Below, in pieces: positions 59,978 through 64,000 of a DNA stretch of 64,000 nt. Positions within the stretch are counted from its first letter, which is position 1, and each line of letters opens with the position of its first letter. Position numbers and translations under genes: made by a program. The notes under the pieces were generated by a model. It ran no database searches and had not been told where the DNA came from. It saw only the letters and a program-made list of their open reading frames with translations. This DNA is from Gemmatimonadota bacterium (GTDB taxonomy: Bacteria; Gemmatimonadota; Gemmatimonadetes; Gemmatimonadales; GWC2-71-9). The DNA is taken from assembly GCA_003221005.1 (NCBI GenBank), contig QHTZ01000067.1:11417-75416 (forward strand), given 5' to 3'.

Positions 59978-61320
59978 CCGAGGGCCGGCTCAGCGCGATC
60001 CTCACGCGGCGGTTCCGCCGCGTCGCTTGGACGGCGCTCACCGGCTACACGCTGCTCGTCGTGGCGGCGTTCGTCGTCGCGGGCGAAGCGGTGCTGCGCC
60101 GCTCCCTCGAGCACTCCGCCGACGTGATCCAATCGCTGCTGGGCGCGTACACCGACTCAACCGGGGGACCGGGGAGCGTGATGCCCGCGACGCTGGCCGA
60201 GCAGCTCGTCGGCATGGGCGGCCAGGTTGTCATCACCCGCACGCGGACCAACGCCGGCGGGATGCAGGAAGTGTACTTCCTTTCGCCGGGCATGCCCGCC
60301 AAGCGGCTCGAGGGCATCCCCGCGAGTGCCTCCCCGGAGGACGTGCGCCAGGTGTTGCTCGCGGCGATTGCGCAGCGCGCGCGCTGGCGCTACCGCGTGC
60401 TGCACCGCTCGATGGGCACCTTCGACATCTACATCGTCGCGAGCCGCGAGCCGTATCTCGTCGCGCTCGCCGCCGTGGCGGCTGCGGCCCTGCTGTTATT
60501 GCCCGGCGCCGCGCTCAGCGCCGGACGCGGCGCAGGCCAGGCCGTCGCGGCGGCGCTCGATCCCCTCGAGCGCGTGGCCGCCGAGACGCGCGCCATCGGC
60601 CCCGCCGAGCTCGGCAAACGGCTCACCAGCCCCACCGGCCAGGCGGAGGTCACGGAGCTCGCCGACAGCATCAACCGTATGCTCGAGCGCGTGGACCGGG
60701 CACACCGTGCCCTCGAGGCGTTCACCGCCGACGCGAGTCACGAGCTGCGCACGCCGCTTACCCACCTGCGCGCGCAGGTGCAGTGGGCCCTCGCCGAGGG
60801 GCGCTCCGAGCCGGAAGTGCGCGACGCGCTGATGGCGCTGGAGCGCGAGCTCGAGCGCACGACAAAGCTAGTCGAAGAGCTGCTGCTGATCGCCCGCGGG
60901 GAGAACCGCCAGCTCGCGCTCGCACACGAATCATTCGATCTTGCGACCGTGGTGGACGAGGTGCGGGAGATCACCGAAGCGATGGCGGTCGGCCGGGATC
61001 TCGTCGTACGCTCCGACGCCCTCGACCCGACGCTGGCGGTGGGCGACGCCGATCGCACCCGTCACATCCTCCTCAACCTCGCCTCCAACGCCGTGCGCTA
61101 CACGCCGCGCGGCGAGATCACCTTCTCGCTGCGGCGCAACGTCGACCGGTTCTTCCGGATTGATCAGTCCCGCAGCCGCGCGCTCGGTGGCACGGGCCTG
61201 GGCCTTGCGATCGCACGCCTGCTTGCCGAGCTCCAGGGGGGCGAGATCACAGTGGAAAGCACACTTGGCGCGGGGAGTACGTTCACGGCGTGGCTGCCGG
61301 CGGCGCGCCTCACCCCCTGA
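59974..61320 (+). CDS. HAMP-domain sensor histidine kinase; the ATPase domain lacks the G1 box
   Basis: H box ASHELRTPL, N box NLASNAVRY and G2 GTGLGL present; DxGxG absent (FSLRRN|VDRFFR). Confidence 0.88.
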   Translation: MTEGRLSAILTRRFRRVAWTALTGYTLLVVAAFVVAGEAVLRRSLEHSADVIQSLLGAYTDSTGGPGSVMPATLAEQLVGMGGQVVITRTRTNAGGMQEVYFLSPGMPAKRLEGIPASASPEDVRQVLLAAIAQRARWRYRVLHRSMGTFDIYIVASREPYLVALAAVAAAALLLLPGAALSAGRGAGQAVAAALDPLERVAAETRAIGPAELGKRLTSPTGQAEVTELADSINRMLERVDRAHRALEAFTADASHELRTPLTHLRAQVQWALAEGRSEPEVRDALMALERELERTTKLVEELLLIARGENRQLALAHESFDLATVVDEVREITEAMAVGRDLVVRSDALDPTLAVGDADRTRHILLNLASNAVRYTPRGEITFSLRRNVDRFFRIDQSRSRALGGTGLGLAIARLLAELQGGEITVESTLGAGSTFTAWLPAARLTP

Positions 61321-61385
61321 CCCCCTCTCCGCGAGGCGCAGGCCTCACCCCCTCTGGCCCCTCTCCGCAATGCGGAGAGGGGGAA
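61308..61385. repeat. REP-like element: partial direct repeat plus GC hairpin between convergent genes
   Basis: CCTCACCCCCT..CCCCTCTCCGC twice (61308, 61343); inverted repeat CCCCTCTCCGCA/TGCGGAGAGGGG (61358-61382). Confidence 0.6.
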
Positions 61386-61399
61386 CGAGAGTGAGATGT

Positions 61400-62560
61400 C
61401 TAGCGAGCCGCGAGCCCGGCGACTGAGCCGGGCATGTTCCCGACCACGCCCAACGTGGTGAGGTGGCCGTCAGACTCCACCCGCAGCGCCGTGATCGGGC
61501 CGCTGCCGCGCAGCTGGTACAGATAGCGTCCGTTCACGCTCAGCGCCAAATCGAGGTTGCCCGGGCCCACCGTAGCAGTGACGCCGCTCGCATCGAGCAG
61601 GCTGAGGGAGCCATCCGTGCCCACAGCGAACCCGGAGATCGTACCGCTGGCCGCGTTGGCCGAGTACGCGAAACGGCCGTTCTTGGTCACGCCCACCCAG
61701 CAGGGGGCGCCCTGGTGCGTGGCTACCGCGCCACTCACCAGTGTCACTCGGCCGCTCGAACCGAGGGTGTATGACGATGCACTGCCCGTGGCGGCTTCGG
61801 AGACGATCAGCTCGTTCCGCAACCCGAACGCGAACCCGAACGGCTTGATGCCGGCGCCGGCAGGCGCCTGGGGCGTGGGACCGCTCGCCACACCATCGGG
61901 GGTGACCGAGTACACGTCGATGCTATTCGTATTCTTCTCAGTCACGACCAGCCACCGGCCATCGGGGCCGAACGCTACCTGGGCGGGGTCCACCGCTGCG
62001 CCACCGAGCGGGCGCGTCGATCCCGGAATGGGCGCGAGCGCTCCGTCCGAGCCGACGGTGAACCCGCTGACGTTCCCGCTCCCACCGCCGTTGAGGACGT
62101 AAACGATGTTGTCATGAACCGTCAGGCTGATCGGCTTCGTTCCACCCGACAAATGGCGATCGGTGAGCGAAAGGCCCGCCGGGCTCACGCGGAACGCCGA
62201 GATGTCATTGCTGCCCGCGTTGACGGTGAACAACCAGCGCCCATCGTCGCTCAAAGCGAGCGCGCCCTGCGAGCCGAGGCTGCTCCCGGTCCCCGTGCCA
62301 CCGGTTGCGACCGTGCCCGCCGCGGTGAGCGTACCGGCGGCCGAGCGCTGGAAGATCGCAACGGCATTTCCCCCATTGGCCGCGACCTGGTTCATCAGCG
62401 TGTACACCGCGCCCGGAGTGTCCTCTGCATCTGCGGCGCTCGCGGCGCTGGCGCTGAGCTCACGCCGCAGCGGTGCGGCGGGGCCTGTAATCCCGCGATC
62501 CCGCGAGCAGGCGGCGACACCGGCCACCGCCAGCGCAACGAGTGCGATTCTTTGTGCCAT
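61400..62560 (-). CDS. Lactonase-family 7-bladed beta-propeller lipoprotein
   Basis: Lipobox VAAC; repeated blades SDDGRWLFTVNAGS, PDGRWLVV, KNGRFAY and NGRYLY; GGAGG RBS. Confidence 0.85.
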   Translation of the reverse strand: MAQRIALVALAVAGVAACSRDRGITGPAAPLRRELSASAASAADAEDTPGAVYTLMNQVAANGGNAVAIFQRSAAGTLTAAGTVATGGTGTGSSLGSQGALALSDDGRWLFTVNAGSNDISAFRVSPAGLSLTDRHLSGGTKPISLTVHDNIVYVLNGGGSGNVSGFTVGSDGALAPIPGSTRPLGGAAVDPAQVAFGPDGRWLVVTEKNTNSIDVYSVTPDGVASGPTPQAPAGAGIKPFGFAFGLRNELIVSEAATGSASSYTLGSSGRVTLVSGAVATHQGAPCWVGVTKNGRFAYSANAASGTISGFAVGTDGSLSLLDASGVTATVGPGNLDLALSVNGRYLYQLRGSGPITALRVESDGHLTTLGVVGNMPGSVAGLAAR

Positions 62561-62653
62561 GGATCGAACCTCCCGAGAGAGTGTGATGCGTGCCTGCTAC
62601 GGTGCCGGAAGGTTCACTCGCGCGCCGCGTAGCGGAGCTACCCGGCGAGCGAT

Positions 62654-62680
62654 ATGAGAGGCTTCTCATGGTGTTCTCAT
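62654..62680. promoter_or_regulatory. Putative response-regulator binding site upstream of the beta-propeller gene
   Basis: ATGAGAG-GC-TTCTCAT-GGTG-TTCTCAT, a direct repeat with 11-bp period. Confidence 0.6.
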
Positions 62681-62689
62681 CCACGTCGG

Positions 62690-62728
62690 AAAACGCAACG
62701 AGGCGCGGCTTCACTCCGCCGCGCCTCG
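62690..62728 (-). terminator. Intrinsic terminator after the 62759..63064 gene
   Basis: Perfect 11-bp stem CGAGGCGCGGC/GCCGCGCCTCG with 8-nt loop, followed on the minus strand by TTGCGTTTT. Confidence 0.7.
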
Positions 62729-62758
62729 GTCTCTCGGGCGCACCGACTGCTGGGCGCG

Positions 62759-63064
62759 TTAAGGCCGATGAATGTTCGACTGACCCAGATTTGCCGGCTT
62801 CCTCGAAGGTGAAGCGGGCACGGCGGGCGTTGCCGGCGTTGCTGGGCTAGCCGGAGCAGCCACGCCACCTACGCTCAGGGATGCAGGCGTGGCGCGCGTC
62901 GCCGGCACGGCCGCGGTCGCCGGCGTCACCGCCCGATTATCAAGCCCCACGACCTCACCCCGAAAGTGCGTCGCGCGGTGCGCGGCGACCTTCGAAACAT
63001 CCTGTGCTGCGAGCAGCGACGGAACGACCAGGCTCGCGGCGAGCAACACGACCTTGCGAAGCAT
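62759..63064 (-). CDS. Small secreted Ala/Pro/Thr-rich protein
   Basis: GGAGG RBS, signal peptide ending LAA-Q, PAT/PAS/PAV tripeptide repeats, downstream terminator. Confidence 0.7.
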   Translation of the reverse strand: MLRKVVLLAASLVVPSLLAAQDVSKVAAHRATHFRGEVVGLDNRAVTPATAAVPATRATPASLSVGGVAAPASPATPATPAVPASPSRKPANLGQSNIHRP

Positions 63065-63213
63065 GCGCTACCTCCAGCTTGGGGTGCTGCAACGGCCCCA
63101 GACGGGGGCCGCCCTGAAGACTCCCTGCAGGGCCGCCGAGTAACGCGGCGGCCCCACAAGTGGTTATTCTGACAGGAGATAGGCGCGAAAGCGCGCACGG
63201 CTTCAGCCCGCCC

Positions 63214-64000
63214 TCAGAGCTTGCCGAGGAACTTGAGCAACACCCCACGCTCCCCATCCGACAGCGCCAGGAAGCGGTCACGCGCGGCTGTGGCTTCTCC
63301 GGCGTGCAGCCTGATCGCCTCGTCGATCGTCGCCGCGCGGCCATCGTGCAGGAACGCAGTCACGAAGCGCAGTCCCATCAGTGGCTCGGTCCGGAACTCA
63401 GCAGGCTCCGCCTCGCCGAGACAGATGTCGGCGAGGTCCGGGCCCATGTCGTGTAGCAGCAGATCCGTGAACCCCGGCACGATCTTGTTGTTGAACGCTT
63501 GCACGGGATTGGGACCCGTCGTGAGCGCCGGAATGTGACATTCCGCGCACCCGATCCGCGAAAAGATTTTCCGGCCCGGCAACTGGCCGATCGCAAACGC
63601 CAGGGGCGTCGGAGCGTCGAGGAACCGCACGAACGCATCCGCGGCGTCGAGATCGTCTTGACTCAGCTCCGGATCGCGTGCCGGATCGACACCCGCGGGA
63701 AGCGGCTTCCCAGCGACCGTCAGCTCCGTGGGGAACGACGGGCTGGTGATCCCCATCTCCTGGATGAACGCCCCGGCCGTGAACTCGCTCAGCGTCGGGC
63801 TCTGCGCCTTGCGGCCGAAGCGACCCAGCCGCCCGTCGGGCGTCCGGTTGGGGCGCCCGGAGACGCCGTCGTGGCCACGAGCCTGGGCGTCCGCAAACCC
63901 CTGAATCTCGGCTTCGGGCACCGCGTCCAGCAGCCCGAACCCCAGGATGGAGGGCGAGGTGCGATGCGCCGTCGCCGTGAATCCCTCGGGCAGCGGCTCG
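63214..64000 (-). CDS. Di-heme oxidoreductase (DHOR/thiol oxidoreductase)-family protein, 5' end outside the window
   Basis: GFGLLDAVP, GRFGRKA, CAECH heme motif, TDLLLHDMG, FRTEPLMG and FLHDGRA. Confidence 0.88.
   Translation of the reverse strand, partial: EPLPEGFTATAHRTSPSILGFGLLDAVPEAEIQGFADAQARGHDGVSGRPNRTPDGRLGRFGRKAQSPTLSEFTAGAFIQEMGITSPSFPTELTVAGKPLPAGVDPARDPELSQDDLDAADAFVRFLDAPTPLAFAIGQLPGRKIFSRIGCAECHIPALTTGPNPVQAFNNKIVPGFTDLLLHDMGPDLADICLGEAEPAEFRTEPLMGLRFVTAFLHDGRAATIDEAIRLHAGEATAARDRFLALSDGERGVLLKFLGKL

Overview
GC-rich bacterial DNA, densely coded. Gene content and style suggest Gemmatimonadota, but that is inference only. 1-38.9 kb is mostly core metabolism, transport and stress genes: alkaline phosphatase, an Fe3+-type ABC operon, acyl-CoA dehydrogenase, citrate synthase, DEAD-box helicase, OsmC, split transhydrogenase pntAAB/B, TrxC, a GGDEF protein, ArsR-SRPBCC-DinB, Ada, a TonB-dependent receptor, and a GT4-deacetylase-flippase glycolipid-type operon. 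39.0-58.0 kb is an accessory, mosaic and partly decaying biosynthetic island and is the main candidate for an undescribed system. It holds four cobalamin-dependent radical SAM genes in two paralog pairs, one radical SAM-SPASM/Twitch gene, three SAM methyltransferases, an HPr-kinase-like kinase, two GT4s, a GT2, a GNAT, a PIG-L deacetylase, an SGNH protein and a sulfotransferase. It also has remnants of a carbamoyltransferase, a second sulfotransferase and an ABC ATPase, plus a 74-aa lipoprotein-like peptide with its own promoter. 58-64 kb holds a damaged msrAB fusion, an OmpR/histidine kinase pair with a shared 27-bp motif in front of the flanking genes, a beta-propeller lipoprotein and a partial di-heme oxidoreductase-family gene. 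Non-coding signals include many apparently leaderless promoters, a symmetric bidirectional promoter, a repeat-rich helicase leader and short 7/8-mer tandem repeats. No rRNA, tRNA, CRISPR array or transposase was seen. All calls come from motif recognition by eye; no searches were run.
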